Origin: Saccostrea echinata
Taxonomy: Eukaryota
Direction: 5' to 3'
Assembly (NCBI RefSeq): GCF_033153115.1
Contig: NW_026889801.1
Location: forward strand, 9,300,001 to 9,364,000
DNA length: 64,000 nucleotides
Made by a program: the position numbers and the translations under genes. The stretch's first letter is position 1. Every line of letters starts with the position of its first letter. The notes beneath the pieces are model-generated. The model worked only from the letters and a program-made list of their open reading frames with translations, did not search any database and was not told where the DNA came from. This document shows, piece by piece, positions 13,079 through 25,804 of this stretch.

Positions 13079-16000
13079 ATGTTCCACTGTGTACTTTTCA
13101 TTGAGCTGATTCAAGGTAAGTGAAATTGTTTTAAACGATCAGTGATAAAGTTTTCATTTAGTGTCCTTTTCTTCTTTGGTATTGTGTTTTAGATACATTC
13201 GATTTTTTTCTTCAGCTGATTGTGAAACATATTTCGACAACCCAACTGATATAGTATTTAATGACAGCACATTGTTTGGTAAGGAATGTCGTGGAATTAA
13301 TATGCAAATAATTACATGCTAAATCAGTGTAAAATTGCTCTAGACCTACATGTTTTATGATCAAAATCATGTTTCAGAGCATGAATCATAAATAAATATG
13401 GTAGGAGTAATTATTTCCTTCCATTCTTCTAATTGATTATCATTTCCAAAGAGCGATTATTCACTTTTAATTAATTTTTTTATCTCTATAACATGCAACA
13501 AAATATTGAATTGTATGGACGGGAAATGTGAATAAAATTAGCTGTGCAAAAGGAGAAAAGCATAATCTGTGCTCATTAGTAATCATTATTTCTAACTCAT
13601 TTATATCTCCAAAAGACACTAAGGAATCCTCTTGTCTTTTAACAATTAAAAAATGACGAAATTAGAGTTCGTTAAAAAAAACCAATAAGTCTCAAAACTT
13701 AAAAAAAAATTATATTTATTTTTATCATTAACATGTGCATCTCAAACTTTATATGAAACAAATAATAGCAAAAATTATGCTTAAAAATAGTAGTTTGGGA
13801 AATAATTTTATATTTATGCTTAGAAAAAGGAGATGAAGTTCGGGATTTCTACAGTGAACTTGGTAATGAAACACTCATGTTCCTTGATAACGGCTGTGAG
13901 AGAGCGTTGGAAATTAATGGAACAAAACTCCTTTTAAAAGTGAATCTTCTAGATCCTAGTGCTTGTGTATGTTTTTTTTTTTTTAAATTCATTATTAATT
14001 TATTGATAAACCGCCATCTTATTTCGAAAAATTGGTTTGATGTGAAACTCAAGATAATAATTTTTTAACAACGTGGATATGATAATAATATAACTTATTT
14101 TGAATGATTATGTGTACTTTTCTTGCAGGATATAAAGTCAATAGGCTGTGTTTTTAGGTGTGAGGTATGTATTTACAAGAATATTGGTCGACTTTGGGCG
14201 ACCCTAAAGGTTTGGCGAATAACTTTAAAAAGTTTTCCTTAACAATTGTAATCTACATCTACTATATAAGGGTATCCTCATGTTTTAAAAACAAGATTTG
14301 TTTCAATCAATTGTTATTAAGTGAATAATAAAACATTTTCATGGCATCATGTATTACAAAAATCTTTAAAAATAAATACTTCAAAATCAGTAGGCTGACG
14401 TGCTTAAAATCGCGTAGCTGGTTGATATTACATAAAAGATAATTTGTTTTTATAATAAATTTTACTACGGGTACTCTGTCTACCTGATTAGTAAACAGGG
14501 CTTACTATCGGTTTTGATCTGTCGATAGAGAATTCTTTCTACTCCTAGGCACGTGAACCCACCTCTGAAATTTTTGGGGGTCCAAGTCTTATGCTCCGTT
14601 TATGGTTTTGCCTGGTTTAAAATGTTTGTTTTTGCATTGGCTCACTGTTCGCTATTTTCACCTTTTTCATTTACATTAATGCCAGAACCTGTTTGATGCG
14701 TCAACTTATTTTTTTCAAAAACACAGGTATTGATTATAAGTAACGAGATGAAAAAGTCCTATAATAGTCTGTCTTTATTTTTTGTCAATGAACAATATCA
14801 AGGACACCGTCAAGATTCTAATTCTTGAATATTAACTAAAACAATGGGGTTTAAATACATTATTGATGATTGATAGATATGAACAACAGATGTCATGAGT
14901 TCATAGTTTTAGTAGTAGGGCTAAAGATAATATTTTGACATGTAATTAACTCGTTAAAAGTGACAGTCTTTTTTTCCCCCCTATTTTACCTGGGGCAATT
15001 AAAATATAAACCAACTTTTTATTTGCGTTTTGTCAATTTGAAATCCATCCCTCGCCACTAATTTTCGAGACTGAAGAATAATGCTACATAAGTATTCGAT
15101 GAATAAGATAGATTGTGGCGAGAAACATTCACGAGTATAGATAAAGATTGTGAAACTTGCAGAAAATAAAAATTGGTTTAAAGTAATTAGATATTTCATT
15201 TTGTAAAAAAAAAACATTCTGATTGTACACACAAACACTCTGAAGTTGATATTAAAAAGATGCTTGGGTTTCTGATTGACATTATCTATATGGGTTTTGG
15301 AGACCAGGTCTTCCAACAATCTGTCGGAATTCCCATGGTTACCAATTGCACCCCGTTGTTAGCAGGCCTTTTTTTGTATTCATATGACGCAGAATTTATA
15401 CAAATACATGAGAAAAAGAAATCTCTTGCTGCATGGGGCCTTCAACTCGACATTAAGATATATCGACGACGTATTATTAATTAACAATAGTTATTTCCAT
15501 TCATATGTCGACACGATATATCCCAGTGAGCTTGAAATAAAGGATTCCGGAGTCTGACACATCTGATTCGTATTTGGATATTTTACTAGAAAAAGACGTT
15601 GATGGTAATCTAACAACAAAGCTTCATGATAAAAGTGATGACTTTAACTTAGGCAGCAATATACCCTTATCACCTGTATATGGGGTGTCTATATATAGCT
15701 ATCTTTCAGTTGATTCGATACGCAAGAGCATGCTCTAATTATGAACAATTTCTAAAACGAGGTAAGTTATTGACAAACAAGTTGATGAAACAAGAATAAC
15801 AAATGTCATCATTACTTAAGTTCCATGATCGACACAATGACCTTGTCATCAAATATAATTATTATTAAGTCATGTGCTGACTAACGTTTTTCATATTAAT
15901 TGTTAGGCTATTATTTACACACTGAATTGTCGACGAGTTTTTCCCGTTTATGACAAGAAACACACGGCGGGTGGGCCCCGTCGGCAGGGGATGCTCACTC

Positions 16001-18858
16001 CTCCATGGCACCTGAAAGCTCCACTGGATACTTTGTTGATCATCCAGTCTCGTTAGAAAGTATCATTCGGAAAATACAACTTCACTTAATTTATCGACAC
16101 AACCATCAAAAGTATCTATTAGTGCGCATACATGTATTAGGGACAGTTCACCATGTATCGGACACATACCTTTAAAGGCAGAGATTTTAAGCACCGCCTT
16201 CAAAAATACCTGGTCTGTGTACCCCTGTCAATCAAGTGCATTAAGGTTCATCATTGGGTGCTAGAACTTGATTGACATTTACTTACTAGTCCCTGTATAT
16301 ACCCTGTACACCTTGTTTGGCACTCATGGTGACCTTCAAATTAACTTTTGATCCTTTGATATTTACCACACATGGTATAAGCAGTAGAGAAGCTATTTTT
16401 AGCTTGATAGTATTAATATACACACACCTTTAGAATTTGAAATAATAATGATATTCTTTATGATAATATATATCAAAGTTAGGTAAAACTTTTTTTTTCA
16501 AAGCTCAACAAATACCGGTACTTTAAAAAATAATATTTTTAATGGGTGGAGATGCTTTGACACACAATCAATTACAAATTAATAAAAATTATTGAGATTA
16601 AAATTTATTTACAACTTTTTATTTCTAATTTAAAATCATCTCAGAATCCCAATACAGGTAAATTTTGACTTCTTTGGTACTCTACTGTGTATTAAATCAC
16701 TTCCTGTGTATAGGAATTGGGAGACAAATGACCATAGGTAGACTGCTAGTCCTCAAGGCATTCACACCTGTACACAATAAGCCCCTCCCTCACCTGGAAT
16801 TTACCACCCGGTAAAAAATCTCTTCCTTTAAGCAATTGACTGGCATCAAACCTTAATGTCTCCGTGTTTTAACTTGTTTCTGCCTTAAAGCCAAAGATTT
16901 AAACCTTTTTAATGATGCCGATTTTCATTATTATGAGGTGATAAAAATACCAAGATAATGGCCTTGAAGTGACGTCACATTTGATATCATCAACGTGTAG
17001 TACCCAGAATTTGATATTTTTTATTTGTTTTCTTTCTCTCCTTAAATTTCCAGGGAACGATTCCATATCGGATGAATTTTGTTATTGATTGATAATTTTA
17101 TAGAAAATTTCAGAACATTTCATTGCAAAGGTTATATTTCTTTTCTAAGAGTTGCTTTTGCTATTAGTTTATTATTTCACCATGCAACAAACAATAATTT
17201 ACCATGCATTGGATATTGTCTGATATATGGATAATTGCCTCTTTTTTCGCATAGTGAAACACGTTTAGTACCCCACTGACAGCAGTATTTGCAGAAATAA
17301 AAGATGTAAACTCAACATATATTCAGAATAAATACAAGTTATCCATATATGACAACTAGAAGTGTGCTCTCTTTATTTTTCTTCAAATAAGAAGATGATA
17401 ACCTACAAGACTAAGGCGAAAGTTATCATGATACAAGGCATTGCTAGGCCTTATCATGATACAAGGCATTGCTAGGCCTATCTAAGGCGATGTGATGCAA
17501 CTAAAATTGCTCCACATTTGTGGATCGATATTTAGAATCAATCGAAATAATATAAAGTGTTAATCTTTGAATCAATAAGACTGTGTAATAATATTGATAT
17601 CGCCGTATATTGCGATTCGTAGACAAAAATATCGTATTGCAATACGTTTTTTCAGTATGGGTATACCGACAAATGCTTGGGCTTGGGATTTCTGAAGTAG
17701 GATATGTAATTTAAGTTTTCTGAAACGTTTTCAAACATGCCAAGCAGAAAGTTTGCTGTTGCATGGTTGCATTTTTTTGCGAAATTATAGTGAAATAAAT
17801 AAGAACTTTCTGTTACAACGTATTTATAACAGTTTCATACAGTCTACTTAATGGAGATTAATGAAATGCATATATAAGAAAAGATCAGTTTGAATGTTAT
17901 TGAAAATATCACAATACGGATCGTAATACAGCTAAAAATATCGCAGTATATTGCAATACGAAATTCCCAGTTGATACCCGGCCCTATAAAAAGCATTAAA
18001 AAATCATGTCACTAATGTATACGTATTTAGGTATTTTAAAGGCCACTGCGATAATGGTGGGACATTTAGACAATCCATCTTGGATTCTGGCTCGTTACAA
18101 AAATCGTTTTAATGATATTTTCTCAATAAATAGCATTAAAGATTTGTCACAAATTCATAATTTATTCACATAATACATATTAAGCTCCATTTTGATAATA
18201 TTGGGTCGGTAGCGATATCGCTATAAATAACTTCTTCAAGTTTGAACGTGTCCGATGCCCGTTAAACTTACCCTATAGTGTTCTTAAAATACTTTTGGTG
18301 AATATTTTTCAGAGCAACCTGAAGAAGAACTCACTTACCGTAAGAATCAACCGAGTGTCGAGGGGAAAATTGAAATTTCAGAAATCAGAATATTTTACCA
18401 ATGTATCTGAGGTACACAATATGTTCTCTTTTTTGCGCTTTCACAAAAAATGTTCAAATTACGTGTCTACATGTCTTTTTCATATACAATGCAAAACTCT
18501 TGATTTTATTATTTAAAATACTTAAAAGTTAAAAGATAGGCAGAGTGAGAGGACATAGATAAGAAGGAGAACAGACAAACAAGAAGAAAACGAGGATTAT
18601 AAAAATGAATTATAAATGTATTATAAAAATGAAAAAAAGTTATCAAATATTTTTTTAGATGTATACTTTTAATTGATTACATACATTTTTTTCATTCAGT
18701 CAGCAAAAATTGGCACAGACATCTATGATTTTAGCCTGATTGATATTACAAGAGAAGACTGTAAAGAGCTTTCAGGCGCATATTTTAAGATTGAAGTAAG
18801 GACCATTTCATCAAACCCTTAATTTAACACATACACACACACTCACACAAACGGATAC

Positions 18859-18910
<52 letters not shown>

Positions 18911-21900
18911 TTGTCGGTAATGTATACTTTTTGCTGGTAAATTGTGTCTCTTGATTTTCTTAGATTTCTGAAATCACTACAGTGTATGATTGAATATGTT
19001 GTGTGCATGCTATCTTGTCAAATGGAACGAAAATACTAGTAGTCATTATCACTGCTAATTTAACTTTATTATTTCTGTGCTTAAATAATACAAGATAAAT
19101 AAATGAAATGGGTTTTCATTTATAAAATGTACTTTTGGTTTGTCCGCAAATGTTCTCGCCGACGGCTTGTACAAACTTTATTTAACTTAAAATGAAAGTA
19201 TTAATATGCATACTATTGATTTTTATCTCTCCATATCTCGGATTAAAAAGTTCCAAGATGGATGCCGATGGTCTGAGTCATCTCTGCATTCTATTACCAT
19301 TGGCGAGTGTAATTGCTATTTTTCCCAATATGTGCATTTAATGCCATGCAGTCCCTTTTTTTTGGGGGGGGGGGGCGCTATGCACCCTAGAACATTTGGG
19401 GAAAAAGGAAAAAATATGCAATTGTCAATTTTATGCCAGATTTTGAAACCTATGAAATTTATACAAGATTTATCGTTCCACAAAAAATGCGAAATACATA
19501 AAATGAACAATTTTTCATGTTTTTATTTTTAAAATCAATACACATGAGTTGTCAGCATTCTAAAATCGTAAATTGTCTTCTAACCTTTTTGGAATCTACA
19601 ATAAAATATCATAAATTGTATTGTATTTTCTGACAAATTATTTGGTTTTAAAGGGAGAACAGGACGAGTTTGAAATTACGAGCACATATGACATCAAAAT
19701 AAAGAGACCTCTGGACTACGACAGTGGAAAGAACATTTACAATCTGAATATATCTGCGGTAAATGAAATAGTCAACAAAAGTCATACGTGTGCAGATTAA
19801 GGATTATCATGTATAATTAAAAAAATATTCTATTTTTGAAATGAATAAACAATAATGGATCGTATGTTTTAGGCATTCCTAGTGGAAAACCTTGTGAATT
19901 ACACCACTTTGACTGTATACGTAATAGATGTTGATGATATGGACCCGGCGTTTGACCATGACATATATACACTACATATACCCGAAGAAGCAAGTATTTA
20001 AGTAGATGATGAAGAATATATTGAATATTACATTAAAATTTATATGCACTGCTGTGAGTTTGGCCTTTTGGATTGCTAAGGTTTAATTTTCTTAAATCTA
20101 CTGTTAAACAGCTGATTATAAAATATCGCATTAACATATAAAATTTTGTCATGATCTCAGCCTTTATCTCGTAAAAACACAAATTAATCATGATAATCTC
20201 GACAAAATGTTAAAGAATACTATGACAATAATTTGAATGTTTTAAACAAAAGTTGTTTTTAAAGAGGTTCGTTCCTGAGCTTTTGAGCATATTTTTGTCT
20301 TTACCTCTATTTAAAAAAAATCTCCATAATGTCTTAGTTCTTACAATAAATTTGAATTCTACAATGCTAATGAAACTATATTCAGTTAAAACCCCATGGT
20401 TAAATTCCATATCGAAAGCATTAAGTGAGGATCTATATTTTGTGGAAGGTTTTTAGAAGAAAAATTATCAATTTTTCTCTCTCGAAGTATAGTATTGTTA
20501 AGTTTGGGTTTCTTCTCTTACATGCAGACTGCACAAAGAGTTATTCTGTGCAATGAAATATTTTATGCTGGTCCTAAATTATGTATACATTAACTGTCAT
20601 GAATTCATTCATCACATTTGACAAATATAGCTAATATATTGTGAAAGTCCTCGGAAAAAAACAGCCCAAATTAAACTTAAAATTAACACTATTTTAGCAA
20701 TTTATATTTAAAAAAATATTATCACAGACCCACACTTTTAATTTTCTTTTCTGAACTTTTGAAGATAATTTTAACCATTCCGCTTAAATTTAGAAAAATG
20801 TCATTACTTTCAAATCATTTTATTGCTTGTTAAATTTTTAATGCCAGAAAAATAACATTTTTTGAGTGCAGAAAGGTCAGTTAATTGAGTATGCGGAGTA
20901 ATTTGAAAGTTTTTTGTTGTCACAAATTTTAATGTGACTATTCAAGATGAAAAAAGACTGTGTTTGTTCCCAGAATTTAATTGCAAAAAAATATTTGAGG
21001 AAAAACTTTTAAAAATTGATTTATGTGTTAGATTAAAAGGTCATATTAAATGCTCTATAGCGCCAAAAGAAGCGCATTGACCCCCATCCTTTGTTTTGGT
21101 TTTTAATTAAGCTATGTGTGTAGATTCTAAAATTATACTTAATAAAAAATTCTCAATAGTTTTGATAATAGGATCCAACCTCCTTAAAGTTATTAAAAAG
21201 TATCACGAGATTATTGTTCTGCAATAGATGTAGGTCCTGCTCGGCATAGTTTCTGTCCAATAAACTTTTTTTTTAATTTGATTCATTAGAATAATTTCTT
21301 ACCTTATTAAAAATACTCAAAATGCACATCTTGACATGTTACGTTTCTGTCCAGACACACTAAAAGACATATATCCTTTTTTCATCAGACTATCTAAACT
21401 GAAAAAAAATATTTGGCTCACCCAAACACAGAATTAAACCAAAATAAATTTCAAAATTTATAAATTGATCTGCTACTATGTTATCTGCTACTTCGTTAAA
21501 AAATCATAATTAGTGTCACTATTTTAACAAAGATGATATTTTTGGGAGAAAGTATACTTGTCATTTTTCCTCAAACCACGAAAATTTGACCCCGTTTAAA
21601 ATAAAGTGATTTTACAGTATATAATTTCGCGATATTCAATAAGGAATCCAGAAAAAAAATATATCCTATAAATTAATACGGTTGATCATATATTAATCAC
21701 ACCAACCAAGAACACAAAGCATTGATATACTAGTAGTGTTCTTATTTGGTTGGTTTATCACATTTTTATGCTTATCCCTTTAAAAGGAAAAAGAATTAAG
21801 AATATATTTTTCCGAATTGATTTTGTAATAGAATTCAACAATTACGAATGTTTCACTGAGAACAAATCCGGTCATATTTGCTGCCGACAGGGACACAGGG

Positions 21901-24900
21901 GACGGAAGACAGGAAGTGTATTATAGATTCGAAGGTATGTAATGTTTTAACGTCATAGGAACTGTTATATAACATCAAAAGAATCACCTTCTTGCGATAG
22001 AAAATTTAAACGCTAATCACCGCTTTGTCATGGCCTTTCAACATAGAAAATGAATTGTTTTACTTATTGTAGATGGTAGCAATGTGAAAGGATGCTTTAT
22101 GATTAATGAAATAAGTGGTGAGATTTCCACAACTTGTGTATTGGACAGGGAGAAAGAAAACTTTTATAAATTTATAATTAAGGTATAAAACATTTTTTAA
22201 AAAAATTATATCATCCGTTTTTGTCACAAGAAAACTCGGGGTTTAACACTTGTTCTTGTAATTTATTTTTAACTGAATTCTGAAACACAAATAAAAAAGA
22301 CTAATATATTATTTGACATCAATTCATTAATATCAATTTATTAATCAATAGGGCGTCCAACGAAACACAGACGTTAGAAGTTGCACTGCTACATTGTCCA
22401 TAATTGTGGATGATGTGAATGACCATGCTCCTGAATTTCAGAAAACGGACTTCAATTTCTCTGTTCCAGAGCATTCTAGCAAAGGGACGTCTATTGCACG
22501 TGTCACAGCAGTAGATATTGATGAGGTATTGTGTTTATCATCCTTATTTTAAAAAAAGAACTTGTTTATAAAGTTCTTTTCTTGGATCTTCGATTAGCTA
22601 TACACGTCTTCCTTCCAAAATAATATCAATCGACGGTAGCTCAGTCTGTAGAGTGCTCGCTCCGTGATCGGAAGGCCGTGGGTGCCAACCCCGGCCGCGA
22701 CTGACCTGAGTCGATAAAAATAGGTTGCAATTGTTCCTTCGCTAAGGGTTCAGCAACTTGAAGTGAGACCTTAAAAAACTGAGGCTTCGTGTCACGGCAG
22801 GCGTTGGCACGATAAAGATCCCTCACTGCTCATTGACCCTGAGTACCGAGTAAAGGTCTATATTTGAAGCCCTTTATATGAAGTCTTTATATGAATGAAA
22901 AATTCTTGAAAGGGACATTGAACAACATACAATCAATCAATTCAAAGTAGTATTGCTTTATGAATATTTTTGATAGCTTTCACTTAATATATATGCTGTT
23001 TTTTTAAAAAGCTTTTATTATGAAAGGAAGTTTTTAAAATTTATTCAATCTACATGTGTAGAGGAAACATACATATTTAAGCGCAGATTTTCAAACAAAG
23101 TAAGGTGGTGCACTTTAATATCCTTTTTATATAAACTCTTAAAACATTCTAATATGTAAATTGTAAATTTTAATCTGACCATTCTTTTTTGAGAGGACAT
23201 TGTTTTAAATTCGAATGAATGAAAAACGTGAAGATAACGAACAGTGATCGATCTCAAAAAATCAACAATGAATACAAATTTGTGAACAGGGCATAAAACA
23301 CGGACCCTCATAAATTCTGGAGATTAGATTTAATCAGAATTGACGGTTACTGCGAAATCACATTTTTTCGAGGTATGAAGAGACCCACGAATTCATGTCC
23401 ACCACAACATTACAATGCCCCATATCATGTATATCTTCCAACTTAGAAATTAGATCCCCTTGAATCAATATTTTTTCCACAAACCTCGAAAATCCCAGGA
23501 AATGGGTGATTTTAGAGTATTACTATTATAACAAATATAATTGGGAGAAACAGATATAGATTTAAATTAGAGATAAACAAATGCATAAAACTATACTTAG
23601 TAAAAAAAAAAACAAAATTAAAAACAACAGAAAGATACTTGAGAGTGAATTAATGTATGTTTACCAAATGACAATCCCTGCAAAGCATACATGAATGATA
23701 CACTAGCACTTGAATGCATCACCTATGATATAGTGTGCACTTTAAACATGCGTACTCTTCGTTATTACACATTTTTCCTCAACATCACACTACTACACTT
23801 AATATACGTAGACTGGTATATTTGAATTTAGAAGAAACGTATCCAGATCCCTAGTCATTGGAAACAAGTATCTCTCTTATTTGAAATATTTTGTAATAAT
23901 TTATAAAATTAAAGTTCAAGTGGCGATTTTTAACAGAAAGATCATAAAGCGCATAATTAAGATATGAAGGAACCATGCAGCCCCTAAAGTTTGCCTTACA
24001 TTTCAAGAATGAAACTGTTTTTAAGATATTGAATAAAAACATGTATTAATCATCTAAGAGTTCTCTTGATTGCTATCAAAAAAGGATTGAATCTAAATTC
24101 AATTTTCAATTGTTTCTCTTCATCTGGCTCCTGTACTCACAAATTCAAACAAGAGCGCCGTCAAGCGGAGTATCAAACATGTTATCTCTTTAAAGCAAGC
24201 GTTGAACAGATTTTACAGCATCATATACTAGTAATCAATATTCCCCAATGTTCATCTGCAACTTCCATCCTTTAGACTAAGATATTTTAATGTAGCATCA
24301 AATACCCCTTACTTATCGCCGATTAACCTATATTGCATGCATCCTATCAGACATAATCCATTCTAAATATCTGAAGAAAATATCAGTTTTCTACAATTTC
24401 TTTGTTTATTCTCAGAAAAAAACAAGACGTGTTTGTAAAACACGGATGCCGCCGTATAACAACTCGTGGTTAGGGTTAACGTTTCTCAAAGGAATATCAA
24501 TTTCCAAGGTCAAGAGATCCAAAATGATAGTACCCAAAGAAATGTCTTGTGAAAAGGAATATACCTGTGAAATATAAAATCCCTAGCACCAACAATTAAA
24601 ATGGTTATGGCGGAGGTTAAAGTTTTTCAAAAGTAGGTCAATCTCCAAGGTCAAAAGGTTAAAATTTATGGTGCACAAGGAAAGGTCTTGTCACAAGAAA
24701 TACACATGTGAAATATGAAACCTCTAGCACCATCATCAACATTTCGAAAGTTATGGCCAAAGTTAAAGTTTTTGAATAGTGGGTCGATCTCAAAGGTCAA
24801 GGTCAAAAGGTCAAAAACTGTTGCACCCTAGGAAAGATCTTATAACAAGAAATGAACATGTAAAGTATGAAAGGCATAGTTCCAACTGTTCAAAAGTTAC

Positions 24901-25756
24901 GGTCAATGTTAACATATTTCAAAAATGGTTCAAACTCCAAGGTCAAGGTCTAAAGATAAAAAATATTTAAACCCTAGGAAAGGTCTTATTACAAGGAATA
25001 CACATGTGAAATATGAAAGCCCTACAAGCAAATGTTCAAAAGTTACGGCCAATGTTAAAGTTCGGTAAAATTTTGCAAACGTTAAGGTCAAAGTCAAGAG
25101 GTCAAATATGTTGGTACCCAAAGAAAGATCTTGTCACAAGGAATACATATGCGAAAAATGAAAGCAATAGCTCCAACCAATCAAAATTCAAGGGGAAGGT
25201 TAATGTTTTGGCGGACAAACAGATAAACAGCTAAACAGACAGACAGACGGCAAAAACTATATGCCCCTAAATCTTCGATTACAGGGGCATAATAAAAAGT
25301 AAATCGTGTTTTAAGTTGGATTGAGGGTTTAATTGCCCTTTCTGTGAGAGAAAGAAATGATCAAGTGCTGTAGACCTTCGATTAGTTCCTCCTTTTAAAG
25401 AGTGGGTAGTTTTCGACTTTTCACTTTACATACATGTAGTTTAGCTATTGGTATAACTAGTAACTTGAAAAAAAATTTGATAAGATTAAGGCAGAATTAT
25501 AATGTACAATGTAAAAAAATATTTAAATTTACTTACAGCATAATTTTGATTTTTCCCGGTAATATAGGGTGAAAATGCAGAAGTGGGATACAAAATTCTT
25601 AAACCATACAATGCAACGTTTTCAGTGGACAATCAAGGTGTTATCAGAGTGGAAAATCCGCTTAAAATGGACCGAGAAAGCGAAAATGGAACAATTATTA
25701 TAAAGGCAAGTAATTTTTATCATATGGACAGTATATCATTCTCTTTCATACAGTCA

Positions 25757-25804
<48 letters not shown>

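Noticed and set aside
17054-17130. Possible extra cadherin exon
   Set aside because: Hits a stop with no convincing donor; exons ending 14164 and starting 18313 already join in frame.
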